Shown here one piece after another: positions 63,170 through 64,000 of a DNA stretch of 64,000 nt (position 1 is the first letter of the stretch; every line of letters starts with the position of its first letter). Position numbers and translations under genes: made by a program. Source of the DNA: Macrostomum hystrix (taxonomy: Eukaryota > Animalia > Platyhelminthes); assembly GCA_950097015.1 (NCBI GenBank), contig CATNEN010000038.1:32612001-32676000 (forward strand), given 5' to 3'. The notes beneath the pieces were generated by a model. It did not search any database and had not been told where the DNA came from. It saw only the letters and a program-made list of their open reading frames with translations.

Positions 63170-63985
63170 AAAAATCAGAGCCTGGGCGCGAACAAAGGCC
63201 GCACCGCCGGCAGAGTCCGGGGCACCAGTGTCGGCCAGCAGCAATCGACCAAATTCCGAGTTCGGGCCTGGCCGCGCCGGTAGGGTGCCTGCAGCGTGAG
63301 CAGCAGCACCTCCTGCACCGGCTGTGGGCAGTAGGACTCGGCGCGGATGATGTGGCCTTCCGGCTGTAGTCGCCGACAGCGCAGATATTCACTTGGACGG
63401 GTCAGGCCGGCGCGGCGATAGAATGCAGCGTTAGTAACTCGCTCGTCGCTGATCTTAAAGACGGCGCGCAGCAGGCCGGCGTTCGCCACGTTTACTTGCT
63501 GTTCGAGCGAGTCCGTCAGAGTCCAGGTCTCAGCGTTGTACAACAGGACGGTCTCGAAGACCGCCTGGAACAGCACCGCCCTCTGGCGATCAGGTAGGGC
63601 CTCGGACTGCAGGACCGCCCTCACAGAACAAAAGGCAGCCCAGGCGAGCCCGCGGCGACGCCGCAGATCTTCGCGGACGTCAGGTACCAGACCACCGAGG
63701 TAGACGAACTGTTGACAGCGCGGAAGCTCAGTGCCTCGGCAGAGAATTGCGGCCTCGATGTCACCCTGCCCGCAGAGCACCACGGTCTTCCTCGTGTTGA
63801 CCACCAGGCTGACGCTCGCTGCAACGCCAATAGGCTTGTCTAGCTGGCGCTGGGCGCCCTCTACAGTCGAGGACAACATGGCGAGGTCGTTGGCGTAGCC
63901 AAGCACGTTGAGCCGCCTTTCCGGTTGACGTCGATCCCCGCGTCGGCGCAGAAGGAAACCATGATCGTCGGTAGGCAGAGCATTT
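63170..63985 (-). mobile_element. Decayed RTE-like non-LTR retrotransposon fragment (RT C-terminal part)
   Basis: LGYANDLAML (YADD mutated), VNTRKT, FVYLG, VLLYNAETWTLT motifs; apparent frameshift near the C-terminus. Confidence 0.85.
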
Positions 63986-64000
63986 AGAGTAGAGCAGAGT

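Noticed and set aside
63175-63906. Active reverse transcriptase gene
   Set aside because: Catalytic YADD reads YAND, the N-terminal part is absent from the window, and the C-terminus appears frameshifted

Overview
Eukaryotic (metazoan) genomic DNA. The GC-rich exons, AT-rich spacers and introns filled with 14-39 bp minisatellites suggest a free-living flatworm such as Macrostomum; this is an inference. All gene models were spliced by hand with GT-AG sites and consistent phases. Host genes: an RREB1/hindsight zinc-finger factor (+, ~9.3-15.6 kb), an EGF-less Delta/Serrate-type DSL membrane protein (+, 17.8-21.9 kb), a two-exon coiled-coil gene (-), NDUFA7 (-), a claudin/PMP22-like 4-TM gene (-), a B-box-like/coiled-coil/NHL gene with a long coding hexapeptide repeat (+) and SDHC (-). 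Mobile DNA: an apparently complete 6.6 kb CACTA/EnSpm (CMC) transposon with TIRs, a TA target duplication, an uninterrupted transposase and a 7-exon BEN-domain partner gene that the ORF track shows only as fragments; two copies of a tRNA-derived SINE; several MITEs; and a decayed RTE-like LINE. Several intronic minisatellite units are built from splice signals (donor, branch point, pyrimidine tract, or a complete 26-nt GT-AG unit).
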